Below, piece by piece: positions 23,282 to 37,765 of a stretch of DNA of 64,000 nt. Within the stretch, counting starts at the first letter, position 1. Each line of letters starts with the position of its first letter. The stretch is from Chrysomallon squamiferum (lineage: Eukaryota; Animalia; Mollusca). The stretch spans positions 18,352,001-18,416,000 of the forward strand of contig CM022665.1 of the NCBI GenBank assembly GCA_012295275.1, written 5' to 3'. A program made the position numbers and the translations under genes. The notes under the pieces were generated by a model that did no database searches, had not been told where the DNA came from, and worked only from the letters and a program-made list of their open reading frames with translations.

Positions 23282-25665
23282 TTATTGTGAGTAGTAGTAG
23301 TAGTATTTTATTATTATTGTTATTATTATTATATTTACTTACTTATTGTTATTGTTGATTATTTTATTTTATTTTATTATTATTATTTTTTAATTATTTA
23401 TTTATTACTCTGCAGTTTATGTATAACATCAAAAGTATTTTTTATGTTTTGCCTGTGAAGTTCATTTGCTATATTTTTGCTGAATTGATTTTAAAAATCA
23501 ACAGCAACAAAAAAAAAAAAAAAAAAAAAAAAAAAATTAAATAAAATAAAATGATACTGAGGTGTCATGGGAGATCGATTTATAATGTATTTATTATCTT
23601 TTTATTTATTCATTTATTATATTTTATTTTATTTGATCTAAAGTTAATAACAATTTCTTACTTTAACTTCTTGCACCGCGATTACCTGATGTTGAGAGGA
23701 ATGGAACAGTTATGGATATCATAGTTTATTATAGCATACCACAGCACAGCACATTACAGTTCAGTACTGTACATTACATTACTCTTCATACACTCACAAT
23801 CGTATTATTACTTAATTTAATTCAAAGATATTTATCGTCTTTCTTCGACCTAAGGTCAAGAGTTATGTCCCTTGACCTGTTAAACTTGGATCTCTGTGAA
23901 CGTTGTTAACACTAAGGTTTTGTACTTCGCACTCTCGCAGCATGTTATACTGATTACAGGTAGCCTAATTATGAACAGTGTCACAGGTATTAAAACCCAC
24001 TGAAATGAATAAGTCACTGATAAACCAACATAAAAAAAAAAAAAAAGTGGTAAATATTTGCCTTTTTTTTTTTTTCACCACTCTTTGAATTCATTATTTT
24101 CTTTTCTTTTCTTTTCTTTTCTTTTTCTTTACTTTTCAGTAACATAGTCACGCTTCGACCTAAAAGTCACAAGACGTAGGGGTACATAGCGGTATTTCTC
24201 AACTGATATACAATACCAGCTTTCGTTGTCTAACCCGCACTTGTAAAATTTCCGTGTTTGTTTAATCACTGTATGCAGTCAACATTACGTGATATTTCAC
24301 CAGCTGTCACCCCAACAGCTAGATTTATACCCGCTCGTGTTTCACTAGCATGTTTCCTCTTTTGTCAGCTGTTGTTACACAACAACAGAGATCGTGTGTT
24401 TGTGTGTGTGTGTGTGTGCAGGAATAAAAACAGTGAGAAAGAGTATATCTCTTTCCTTCTTTTTCTTTCTTTCTTTCTTTCTTTCTTTCTAGAGAGAGAG
24501 ACACACACACACACACACACACACACATATTTTGAAATGTTTATTGCATTAATAACAGTAAAGTATGGAAATAAAGTGGCATTCAGAGCGATTCGCACAA
24601 GTTGCAGTTTTCATTTCTGTACCCGTAACCTTACTTGTTTTACTTGGAAAATGTTTCTGACAGCAGTCTGTAAATATTTGTAAAAGTACACCGTATATCA
24701 GTCGATGCGAAGGTCAAATCTAACGTCATAAAAAGATACGAATTAAACAGAAGTTTGTTTAGTACCAGTCACGTGACCCTATCGTTTGGAATCTGTGATT
24801 GGTGTAACAAAGGTGTTTTTTTTTTTTTTTGCGTTGCATGGTAACAAAGGTATTCACTTTCAGTGTTCGTGATGTTGATTTTAAACTGATCCTATTTTTA
24901 ATTACGGGTCTTGGCGATCTGACAAAACGAACAGTATTTAAAATAACAACTACTACCACTACTATATTATTATTGTTGCTGTTGTTGCTGCTGTTGTTGT
25001 TGTTGTTATTATTATTATTATAAAGGATTATGTATCTATCAAATTTGCACGTCTTTGCTTTTTCTGACTGAAATTAAATATAAAGTTTTTATTCATTTTT
25101 ATAGTTAGATAACCTGAATATATGATTAATTATAGTAATGAGAAAGGATGAAGGTAAACTCATAATAGTAAATAATGTTTAAAGTTATCTCAAGAAAATC
25201 AGGCCAGTTTTATGCTGCCATCCTATGTAATTCAAAAACTAAATGAAATTAACTGTTTAATTTCTCAAATCTCTGCTTTAGACAAACTGATTTCGTTGTC
25301 GCTATACATCAAAACAAAATATAGTTATTAAATAACAAACATGTATTTATTTATTTTTTTTTTTTTTTTTTTTTTTAAGGAAAAATTATTATCTAAAATG
25401 GACTGTTAGGATCTAAACCAGCAATTAAACCTTAAATAAGTAACTTTAAGTAATATGTATTTATAAATAAAAAGTAATCTATCTAAGTAAATACAATTTT
25501 CTCCTAAAAAGCTATATTTCTGTTCAGTACTAGAAAGTATAGAATTTTATCTAGTCATCATATTTTGCCACTGCGTTCAGTGATTGCAGGATAAATAATT
25601 AAATTTGTTTAATTATTATTATTATTTTTATATTTTTAATGGGTTTTTTTTTTTTTTTTTTTTTT

Positions 25666-25696
<31 letters not shown>

Positions 25697-27140
25697 TTTT
25701 TGCATTGCTATGTACGATCTACGATGTGGCGTCATTAACAAAAAAAAAAAAATGAAATAAATGACAGCCTTCGTATTTTTATGCGGGCTTGCGTTATTAA
25801 ACGTCATTCTTTATAATTAGATAATACTAACATAAGAAACAAATAACTCATTCTACAGCATTAGATTGTATTTTTCATACGATCTTAGACACTGTACAAA
25901 TGTCTATTGAAAAAACACATTACGATCTCGAGAATTCACGTTGCGTGCGAGATTCAGTCTTTTCACGTCACAAGAAGCTATCAGACATTATTTACTGTCA
26001 CCCGTTGACGTCATAAGGGCGTTTCAATTAGCGATGTCAGCGCATCTGGTCATAATTAACTGCAGAAACTATTTGTACTCAGAATGTTTCCTTGTTTTGT
26101 TTTCTATGCGAATTATTTAGCGAATAATTAGAAAGAAGAATTCAAACTTAATACCTACTAATAATAATGTTGATGATGATAATGATGATAAAAAATAAAG
26201 ATAAAGAATACAAAAATAAATAACATTTATATTGTTTTTTTAACAAGTTATTATTTTTTTCCCCTAATTTTCTTTTTAAAAAATCTAGCAAAATGCTTTT
26301 TTAAATCGTCTATTTAAAACAGATTATTACGTTGTCGCCTTTAAAATGTTCCTTTAAATGGCTTATTTAAAAATTACATTTAAACTTGGTGGTTTTATTT
26401 ATTTATTTATTTATTTATTTTATTAAATTTTTTATTTTTATTTATTTTATTATTATTATTTTATTTTTTATTATTTTTGTTGTTATTTTTAAATTAGTAT
26501 TAAGCTCTTTATTTAAAGTGTTTTCTAAACTATTTAAAACTGATAAAAGGTTTATTAAAAACAGTACATTTAAAATGCAATTATATATTTAGATTACAAA
26601 TGTATAACTTTAAAAAATGTCCTTAAGAACCATACATTTTTATTCTAAATGTATAACATCGTATAAAAATATTATTAAAAACTGTATATTTAAAATTCTA
26701 TTTTTGGATAATAAATATAAAGATCTGAAATAAATACTGTTGTTTTATCTCCTAATATTTATAACATTTAATTTATTTAATCAATTCAAATAGTGTTACT
26801 GCTGACACGGCGATGGTAAGCGAAGCAGATAATTGAATCATTCAGCCATGAAATATAAGACTTTCTGCTGAACAAAATAAAATATTAATTTTAATTTTTA
26901 TGTCTGTGTGGTTTCGTGTGTGCTTGTGTCTGTTTCTCAGTGCGGGTGTGCGTCTGCGTGAGTGTCGCGTAAGTTTTGATATAATTCTCTGTGTTTCTTT
27001 GGGTGGTTTTTATTTTATTTTATTTTATTATTATTTTGTGTGTGTGTGTTTTGTATGTATGTCTGATTGAAGGTATGTATTTTCATGCATAAATATATTA
27101 GGGTGTATTAATGCGCGTTAATGTCCGCGAGTTTATGTAT

Positions 27141-27187
<47 letters not shown>

Positions 27188-28394
27188 CATAACGCGTATA
27201 TGTAGTTACGTGTGTATATGTAAATTCGTGTATGTGTATGTACGTGCACGAATGTTATAAATGTAAAAGTGCTATGTGTAGGGTTAAATGTTTATGTTGA
27301 TAATAAATGTAAATAATCATTTTTAACACTGATTAGTGTGAAATAAGCGATAACAAAACTAAAAATGCCTCGAGCCTACTGTACCATTTGTTTTAATTAT
27401 TTGTTTACTGTTAGCCGAAAGATAACAATAACGTTGCTGAAGAGGACGTCTGTAAAGTACGTTTTTTACTGATATCTAGGAATCCCTTTTTTAGAAGCTT
27501 CGATTGTTAGTTATATTTTAACGTGCATTATTTATTTATTTATTTGCTTGTTTGTTTCTTGGTTGATTTGTAAGTTGGTTGTTTGGATGGTTGATTCGTT
27601 TGTTCTTTCGTTTATTTTTGTATTTTTTTCTGTAAAAATTATTTTTCTGTATGTATTTATTTGTTTAAAATGTTATTTTACTTACTTACTTACTTACTTA
27701 TTTACTTATTTATTTATTTTATTATAAACGCACGAAATCTTTGGTCATGTAAGTACAAAATGTCAACTATTAAACGGATGTAGATTTATGGTAGACAATT
27801 AAATCGACGTCAGACTACAGTGTCTTATAAAACAAACTAGTAAAACTGACACAGCATCAGTAAAACCAGTTCAATAAACACAACACAAATCATATAGAGT
27901 TTTTTAGTCCATGATAATTCTATAAAATAAAAAATATATATATAGTTTTAAAATCTCTTCCGGAAATAAATATTTGTGCTGATTGCAGAATGAAGAAATA
28001 AGGTTTCTTTTAATTCTTATTTACTTATTTTTGTTTATTTATTTATTTATTTATTTAATTTTACATTTATTTTATTTTATTTTATTTATTATTATTATCA
28101 TTATTGTTTTCACTAAAAAAATTTTTTTTTTAATTTTAGGATATCATCACAAGTTACATGAGAACTAAGTCTCAGGTCGTTTTTCCTGGCTCCTCTAATT
28201 ACAGTTGTTCAATAGCACCTCTGATGAAACTTTTGATCTTTCCCCACCTCCCCATCATCTACTTCCGACCCACCCACCACCACAATGTGGACAACATGCC
28301 CTCACCCACTCTACCATTATTAAAAGTGGAGAGCATTTCGTGTAGTCTAGTGAATTAGAATGGTTTAATTATATCCTAGTCATTTTATTTCAGA

Positions 28395-28650
28395 TAAGCA
28401 GTTCAGCACTAATAAACGATAATTCAGTACCAGTGATTACTTCGTTACATGTAACAAGTTCAGTACAGATAATTATAATTCAACCGATGTAACTATTTTA
28501 GTATATGTAGCTATTATAGTGTCTAAAACTATTTCACTACATGTAACTATTTCAGAACAGAACTATAATTCAGCTTATGTATCTATTTCAGTACATGGAA
28601 CTAAACAGTAATTCAACTCATGTAATTATATTCAATTCAGATAACTCTAT
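28395..28650. repeat. Degenerate tandem array (about 20-bp units)
   Basis: Repeated TTCAGTACATGTAACTAT-like units. Confidence 0.55.
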
Positions 28651-29776
28651 TTGGCGCCTTAAGCAAACATTGTCTTCAGGGGCCAAATAACATAATAGAT
28701 TTGGGAACAAGGATGTCTGGCGAGTTTATTCAAGTGTGACGAATCGATGAACAGACAAACATCAGGTGTGCCTACACACCTGTCAGGAATAGAATAAATA
28801 TATTTACATACTTCCGTAAACTTCATTTTCACCTTTCACCTGTTATAGTGTTAACATTGTACAGAGACACCTTTAGTCATTAATTCATCACATACTTTAT
28901 ACAGTTTTTTAAATTTATTGTTATCACTGATAATGGTCGTAGCTTTTGTTGTCCTTGTTGTGGTAGCAGTATTAACAGTGGAGTAATATCACTAGATGTG
29001 GTAGCAGTAATTGTGGTAACAGCTGTGGTAGTACTTGTTGTAGTGATGGTAATAGTAGATGTAGTTGTTGCAGTAGTTATAGCGGTAGTAGTAGTGCAAC
29101 GTGTGATAGTAGTATAGATACAACAAAAATGACAGTAATAATACCAGTAACAGTAACAACAGCAACAACAAAATAACAACAACAACAAAACAACAATAAT
29201 AATAATAAATTAATAAATAAATAAACAGTTACATAAATTACACGGAATAGCTTCAGAAACGAAATCACTGTTAAGACCATAAACAAGGAACTGTGACGTA
29301 CACTTTTCTGTTCTACAAGAACAACAAAGCTGCCGACAACTAAACTACTACTACCCATTAATCAAAAAAACGACGTCAACGAGGTTATGCCACACGACAC
29401 GGTCACAGTGTAGTCATTCAATACAACGACCCCATCGTCTGTGACGTGCACAACGACATTCCTGCGATAAAGCAAGAAAAATAACCACAACGTACGATGA
29501 CGTAGTTACTCTTGTCCATGATCTGTTGACCTTTTCGGGAAGTTAAAGAGAACGTTTGGTTAATTTATCAAATAGCCTGAATATGTATTACACATGGCTG
29601 GCTGTATTATTCATTTCGTGATGTTTACTTTTACCCGAAGCTCTTCTATTACCTACGTACTAAATTTGATATCTTCTGACCTGTCTCATACCTATTTACC
29701 CGTACACGTGTTGTACGTTTGATCGTTAACCCTTCTCGGACGTCAGTCGATCTAATGAGTTTGTGTACAGGATGTT

Positions 29777-29841
<65 letters not shown>

Positions 29842-30011
29842 AAAAGAACTATACTGAATCTTATTCTTCAAGATTATTATTTTATTTGCTAATAACAAAA
29901 TATGACAATACTAATTACTGCAAGCCATCCGTACAAGAACGTTGCATTAGCCTAACATGGTCAAACGAAATCTTGACGTCAAAGTGTTGAAGACAATCAA
30001 CAATCAGCTTA

Positions 30012-30043
<32 letters not shown>

Positions 30044-30545
30044 GGAAATAAAGAATCAAAGTTGACAGGTGGATAGATTGATAAATAAGTCATCTTTATT
30101 AATAAATGATTTATTATTTTTTGAAATTATAGCAGGAAACAAGACAACTGTGACCAGTTAAAATGTCTTCAACGTCGTCTTCCATGTTGGATTTAAACTT
30201 AGTTACTAAGTAACAAGTCTGTCAACGACATGACGTCATTTCCTCACGCCGTGTCGTACATCGCTGTACTGTTTTAAAGATTCGGGATTCCCAAGGCAAA
30301 AGTCTGAAGTATTCAGTTACGTGCAACGACTAATTATTTTTTTTTTTTTTTTTTTTTTTTCATTCCGATTTAATGTTATAAATATCGTGTTGCTTCGCAC
30401 CGGGGTTACCTTTCAATGTTATGTGATAAATCTTAGCCATGCGTTAAATTTATGTGTAATAGATGTTTTAAATATTTATATCTAACAATCGCATCTTTTT
30501 ACGCTTCACCGGTAACGTTAGTGCGAGTATAAACTTTACAGGAAG

Positions 30546-30587
<42 letters not shown>

Positions 30588-30639
30588 AATAACTGTCACC
30601 ATTTTTTATTTCTTTATTATTTTGTCCTTTTTCTTTATA

Positions 30640-30673
<34 letters not shown>

Positions 30674-31792
30674 AACAGTAGTAGTAGTAGTAGCAGTAGT
30701 AGCAGTAGTAGCAGTAGTAGCAGTAATAGCAGTAATAGTAGTAAAAACAGAAGCAGTAATGGTAATAACAACGTCAGTAAAAATTCATAATCAAAGTTTT
30801 ATAGCCCCAGTTTTCATTGCTCCATTATCTGCCTCTGGTTATTTTTAAACGTGCTTGTAAATAGGTACAATATTCGTGTGCTTAATTTAGCTAGACTGTG
30901 TATAAATGTCAAAATTAATAAAAGATTTTCCACTGAAACCTCTAAACCAGAAGTACTGGAACTTAGCCAGTTTATGAAGTTAGCTGGGGGTGGGGGGAGC
31001 AAATACAAAAAAAAAGAAAGAAAGATGAGATTTCATAGTTTTTATCCACTCGAATGAATTAAAGTGTCATAACCAATAAAAATGGCGCCTATTGTGTAAA
31101 ATGTACTCGGAGGGTGGGTAATTCAGCTACGTCACTGGTAGGGCATCTCAAAAGCGGGATTAAAAAGAGGTTGTAAGTGCCTGAATTCTTTTTACATTAT
31201 ACTTTGTTTCTTTTCGTTCTTCTTCTTCTTCTTCTTCTTCTCCTTGTGTTTAAAATCCTACACATATACACAGTTATATGTGTATATTAATTACCATAAT
31301 ATGCCTGTTTAGAATAATAATCTAGATTCACTGAAATCAATCCAAAATACCTATTTCTGCACAAAGGTTACGGACTATTTTTTAATGTAAATTGTGAACC
31401 CTTTCCTTTAAATATGCTGAAATCAGCTTCATCGCTAAAGTCAGTTTCTAAAAATAAACATTAACGATTATAATAACAAAATATTTAAAGATACAAAAGA
31501 TTCAAAAGATGAGTAAATGCGTTCATCCGCCTGTAATAATACTGCTGAATAATACTATCGGTGTTTATCAGTTACCCTGAGTCATGTTTCCACTGTATCT
31601 GTTCGAGCATCTGTTTTTTTTTTTTTTTTTTTTTTCTTCTTTTTATCTCCCTTAAAAAGAAAGTGTATTTTACGACACACCCACCTTTTCTTTTTTTTTT
31701 TTTTTTTTTTTTTTAAATTCATGCCGAATACGTAAACAACTTTATAATGTAAATACTTCGGATGTGAACATCTTCATATTAGTCTCTGAATA

Positions 31793-31795
<3 letters not shown>

Positions 31796-31858
<63 letters not shown>
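31796..31858. repeat. (GT)n microsatellite, representative of many (CA)n, (GA)n, (TA)n, (TTA)n and poly-A/T tracts in the window
   Basis: Perfect dinucleotide run; similar runs at about 293-329, 29779-29835, 32413-32470, 32726-32789, 35165-35232 and 55579-55680. Confidence 0.95.
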
Positions 31859-31860
<2 letters not shown>

Positions 31861-32409
31861 ATTGTGCACCATTTGTCCATTCATATTATTTCGTTAGTTT
31901 ATTTATTAATGCATTATTCTGCTATTACTTCGTCGTCATCATCTATTAACTTATTTATTTATTGTTGTTGTTAATGCTGTTGAAAAATTAGGTTCTTACA
32001 AATATACACAAAGGGGAAGTGGGTGTGAGAGTTGCAGTCAGAGATATAGAAACAGACACACAGACAGACAGATCCTCATTATTAAACTGAATCATTCACG
32101 GAAGTCCTCATAATTATTTGAAACTTTTTCAATACTACTTTCATGACGTTGTATCATTGTTAATCATTTCTTTCATCGGGTCTAAACCGTATTTCGTCTT
32201 GTTGTTGCACTGATGAATGATCAGGGAGATAAATACTCAGAAACTTTGTATGCTGAGATGATATCCAGGGTAAACAGTTAGATAATGAAGTAAAGATACG
32301 ATGTAAAGCGATGTAAACATTCAGTTCTTTTGATAGTATCTTCTAACGAACACGGCTTAAAAGTCTTTTGATAGATTTTCCTTCATTACTATTCTTTATG
32401 TTTGCACTG

Positions 32410-32473
<64 letters not shown>

Positions 32474-32486
32474 GTCTGTCTCTCAT

Positions 32487-32517
<31 letters not shown>

Positions 32518-32720
32518 GACAGATAAACATTTATTTCCTGACTTATTTACTCACGCAGGTATTTATTTATTTTGATTTTTGGTTGATCATCATGATGTGG
32601 CTGTCTGTGTGATTTAACCTGGAAGGCTGTGGGGTCAAATACTAGTTCAGGAAACTAGTTTCCCATGATTAATTATTGTCTGAAGTCAGTTTGTGATCGT
32701 GCAAATATACAAACGAAAAA

Positions 32721-32794
<74 letters not shown>

Positions 32795-32823
32795 CAGGGT
32801 GGTTATTATTTTAGATGTTGTTG

Positions 32824-32885
<62 letters not shown>

Positions 32886-34177
32886 TTATTTGTAAGTATG
32901 TATACGAAAGCCACCCATCTTTTCAAGTTTTTAAAATATTCTATTTACACAGTGAAAACGTATAAATTTAATATACACTTAACATTTAAACAGAAGTGAA
33001 AATATATAAATTTATTTACTTTATCATGGCCATCTATTCTTATCTTATATTTGAAGAAAAAAAAAATCATAGAAACGAAATACAAGGAATTTCGTGACAA
33101 ACCTTAGACTAATATTTAGAAATTGACTGATAACGGCGAATCGTGATAACAGAAAAGGCTCTTTTTTTTTTTTTTTCCTCGGCTTTGGGACTAAAGTACA
33201 CATGGAGTGTGTCTCTTTGTTTTGTCCAATTCTCGTTGATTACGTGTGACGTCAGTGGTGTCACACAGAGTACGCAGATGTCCACCGAAAGGGGTGGGGT
33301 GGAAATAGAAATCTAACAGCTGCAGTCTTCGAAAGTTTCTCTCTGTATTTTTATTTACTTATTTATTACAATTACTACTCTTTCCACTAATGTTATTTTC
33401 ACCATAATTATTATTACTGCTACTATCACTACTACTACAACTACTAATACTGTCTGACTATTATCTGACTATTATTGTTGTTATTGTTGTTGTTGTTGTT
33501 GTTGTATGTTGATATATAGTTTTAAGAGGGGTCATTGACGCAATTAAAAAGTAGACACAAACAGAAATGCCTGAACTGAGTGCACTAAAATTTATCTCAT
33601 CAGCAAAATGTGTTACAATCCCATAATACCATACTATTTTCCAAATCTAACACGTGCTCTCAAAGCTAGCCTCATCTTTAATTTACGAGTTCAGCGTCTT
33701 GTGACTCATTTTCGCTCCATGGAATAGTGTATCTCTATACGAGCGCAAAATTAAATATTTAAACACATTAACTTTTATGATTCTGCTCTCAGTAGTCGTT
33801 CGACATTTATGTGCATTAATGCTTGATTATTCAAAAGAGAGAGAAAGAGAGAAAGAGAAAAAAACCAAAAGACAAACTAAAATATTACCCAGTAAAAATG
33901 ACTCAGTACTTTATTGTGAGGTTACATAGTGATACAGCTTGTGGGTTCCTTGATCGAATCATGTTACCGTGACATAACAGGGACAATAATGGAGATTAAC
34001 ATACCACCCATACACAGAAATATTTAATTTCGTGACACAAAAATGCTACGGGACAAACTATAATTATGAGCTCACACAAAGTATGTCCATGACAGACATA
34101 CTACTTTACGACTGTGAACAGCTAAGTTAAAAAACAAAAACAATCTAGTCGATAACAATAAAAATAGAGCTTTGATC

Positions 34178-34228
<51 letters not shown>

Positions 34229-34604
34229 TCCATTCATTCATTCATTTATATATATATATTTTATTTTATTTTGCTTATTTTTATAATTATTATTATTTTA
34301 TTTTATTTTTTTAAACATTTCATAGGCACCAAACCATATTTAAATCGAAATGGGTGGGAGAAAATAATAAATATATTTACATGTGGGTGTTTTATCCATA
34401 TTTTAAGAAAAGTGCTCCAGAGATACTCAGTAATAGAACGTTCGTTTGAAAACGAGACACACGGCTCCGAGATTTTAATGGCGTCCAGCCATTGGTCGTT
34501 TTAACCGGAAATAACAAATGTCGTGCAGGGATCTCTGCTGTTTTACGAGTTGTTAACGTGTTCCCGCGGCGATACGAACATTGTTATTGTTATTATTTTT
34601 ATTA

Positions 34605-34646
<42 letters not shown>

Positions 34647-35163
34647 CAACATCATTATGACATATTGTCTTCGTCATTATCATCATCATCATTATTATTG
34701 TTGTCGTTGCTGTTGTTGCTATTGTTTTCACTATTATTACTATTGCTGCTGCTGTTGTTATAACTGTTGCTATTATTATTAATAGTATTTTCGGAATCAT
34801 TTGTTGTTTTCTGAATGTCAATAAATAAATTGTATTTTTTTGTTCAATCGATCTCTCTTTATCCATCTTTCTTTGTATCCTTATCTCTCTATCTATTTAT
34901 CTATGTATATGTATATCTGTTTGTCTGTTTATCTATCTAAATCTATCTATCCATTCATCCATCAGTCTGCCTCTGTAACTATTCTTCTGTCTAGCTCTGT
35001 ATCTCTATATCTATTTATCCAGCCGTCTATCCCTTTGACTAATTAAATGTTCGTCTACTACATCTGTAAAAACAACGAAAGGTGTAATTTTTCTAAATAT
35101 TTTCACTAATTAGTCTAAAAAGTTATTATTATTATTTCTACTACTACTACTACTATTTTGTGA

Positions 35164-35238
<75 letters not shown>

Positions 35239-37051
35239 AAATCCAGTCACTAAATACCGCATGAAAACTAAAGTTCGGAACATACCGACACGATGGATAT
35301 TACAAAATATCAAATAGCAGGAACTATGATGCCAGAGGTCGCCTTGACCCGTACACAAGATTAATACCACAGGAAGGTGCGTTAGCTAATTCGTGAGCAG
35401 ACATTAAATATAATTATGTGAAATATATGTCAACATACTTTATATACACACTGTAATAGTCTTCGGTGTGTTGACATTTTCCAATTTACGGCTTATGTTG
35501 TCACGTGACTTCACTTTCATGTTTTCGTTGGTTGTCACTGTTTGTTGTTAATTAATCAAGATGGCCGTTTGGTGGCCGCCAAGTCGACCGTATTCTACGT
35601 TATTACGTTATTATTATTATAATATCTGATCACGTGGTTTCTTCATTACGTAAGGTGAACCTTGAGCAGAGAAATATGCTGGTAATGTCTGAGTCATGAC
35701 TTATGCTAAAAATAAATTAATGTATGTTAAATATTTCATTTAATTACAACTCGAAATATGTTTAATATTAACATTTAGTGGGATAAAAAATAATCCTGTC
35801 ATTCTTCGTTTTTTTTATTCAGTCGTGTTTCATTTGTGTACTCACTGTTTCAGCCATTTTTTTCAGGCTATCTGGGTATTTATTTATATATTTATTTATA
35901 TATTTGTTTGTTTGTGTTTTTGTTTGTTTGTTTGTTTGTTTATTGTGTTTACTTTTTCGGTTATTTATTCATTTTATTTTGTATATATTTATTTATTTAT
36001 TTACTTACTTACCTACTTACTTAATTACTTATTCACTTACTTCCCTAATTATTAATAATTTATTTATTTACTTTTTCATTCATTCATTCGTTCGTTCTTT
36101 CGTTCGTTCATTAATTCATTCTTCTTTCCTTTCCATCTTTCTTTCATTTGTTCATTAAGCCGCACACACACCAGTGTTTAAATCAACCTACGCTGCCAAT
36201 CACCCACTACATTTACAAACACTCCTCCAGTCATTAACTCAGTTATCCAAAGACAACACTCTCCCACTCTCACCCACTACACACTCACTTCTTCCTTCAC
36301 TCATTCCTTAATTAATTATATCCATTGCTTCGTATTTATCACTAAATCACCTTCTTCACTCACTCCTTAATTCATTTACTCATTACATCATGATTAATAT
36401 GATAATCAAACCAACCAAGCATAGCTGTCAATCCGTTTCACCAGAACAGTTAAATTCCCCGTATCCATTATGTCTTCATGCGTGGGTTCAAATGACCTTC
36501 TGAAAGGCTCAGTAACTTACAACCATCGTGAAAGGAAACAAACAAACAAAATCGATTATGTATCTGTTCGGTTCTTTTGCCTAACTGGATATATTAATTT
36601 AGGAAAATGATTTGTATGACACCCACGTTCACGTCACTTCAAAGGCTCTAATCAGAGATTATTATAAATCTTTCATTTACTAATTACAGCGTGGTTTTTC
36701 TACTAAAAAGCGAACATAAATTTGAATAATTGATCAAAGGCAGTTTTGTTACAGATATTTTTGTACAGGTGTATTCAGGTGTGTAATACATAAACAGATA
36801 CATACAAAAATACACACAGACAGACGGACAAACACACTTATATATACGTGCAAACGTACTTACATATATACACAGATATAAACACATACACACATACTTA
36901 CATTTACACACATATAGTCGTACATACATACATACATACACACATACACACAAATATACATAACATACATAACGTATATATATACAAAAACATACACAAC
37001 ATATACACAAATACTTGCATACATGCATACATACATACATACATTTGTATC

Positions 37052-37116
37052 GAATGAATGAATGAATGTTTAACGACACCCTCCACGAAAAATATATCGG
37101 ATACAGGGTGTGACAC
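37052..37116. repeat. Short interspersed-repeat end (GAAT)n-GTTTAACGACACC...GGGTGT
   Basis: Tetranucleotide tail plus a GACACC/GGTGT stem; recalled as a common gastropod SINE end. Confidence 0.35.
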
Positions 37117-37708
37117 TTTACGACTTCAGACTGACACAGACAGACAAAGAGACAGTGCTACGGACAGTGTAAAACTGAAACAGTCTGTAAAATAAACATA
37201 AATATGCTGCGTTACAATTAATGAATAAATGAATATTTCTTTCATGTACTAGATATGTTTTTAAATTTTGTGACTATTGTTTTCTCTCTTTCTTTTTCGT
37301 TCTTTAAAAAAAGAAAAGAAAATTCAGGACAAAGTTGTTTTAATAATTTTGTTATTCTTTTAAATCTATCGATAGATAGATAGATAGACAGAGAGACAGA
37401 CAGATAGAGAGATAGATTACAATTTCTAAATTTATCTTAAAAATAAATATATAAAAACGAACAAAACTGGCTTATTTAGAGCAGGCAAATAATTATAATT
37501 TAGAACTAGCAACTTTGTTTGTATCATTTAGTTGCCTTTTAATTTGGTTTCGTCTTTAAAATTCTTACACACCACATTTCATACATTCAACCGGATATTC
37601 ATATCTTTTTCACCGATCCGTCCTGATAACTGAACGAAATCTTTGGAACCTGTCTAGCAAAATAAAATAAAAAATAATAATAAAAATAAAATAAAAAAAT
37701 AAAAATAA

Positions 37709-37765
<57 letters not shown>

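Noticed and set aside
32590-32665. tRNA-like B-box fragment (similar ones near 38530-38600 and 52960-53070)
   Set aside because: No cloverleaf can be built; at most decayed SINE heads
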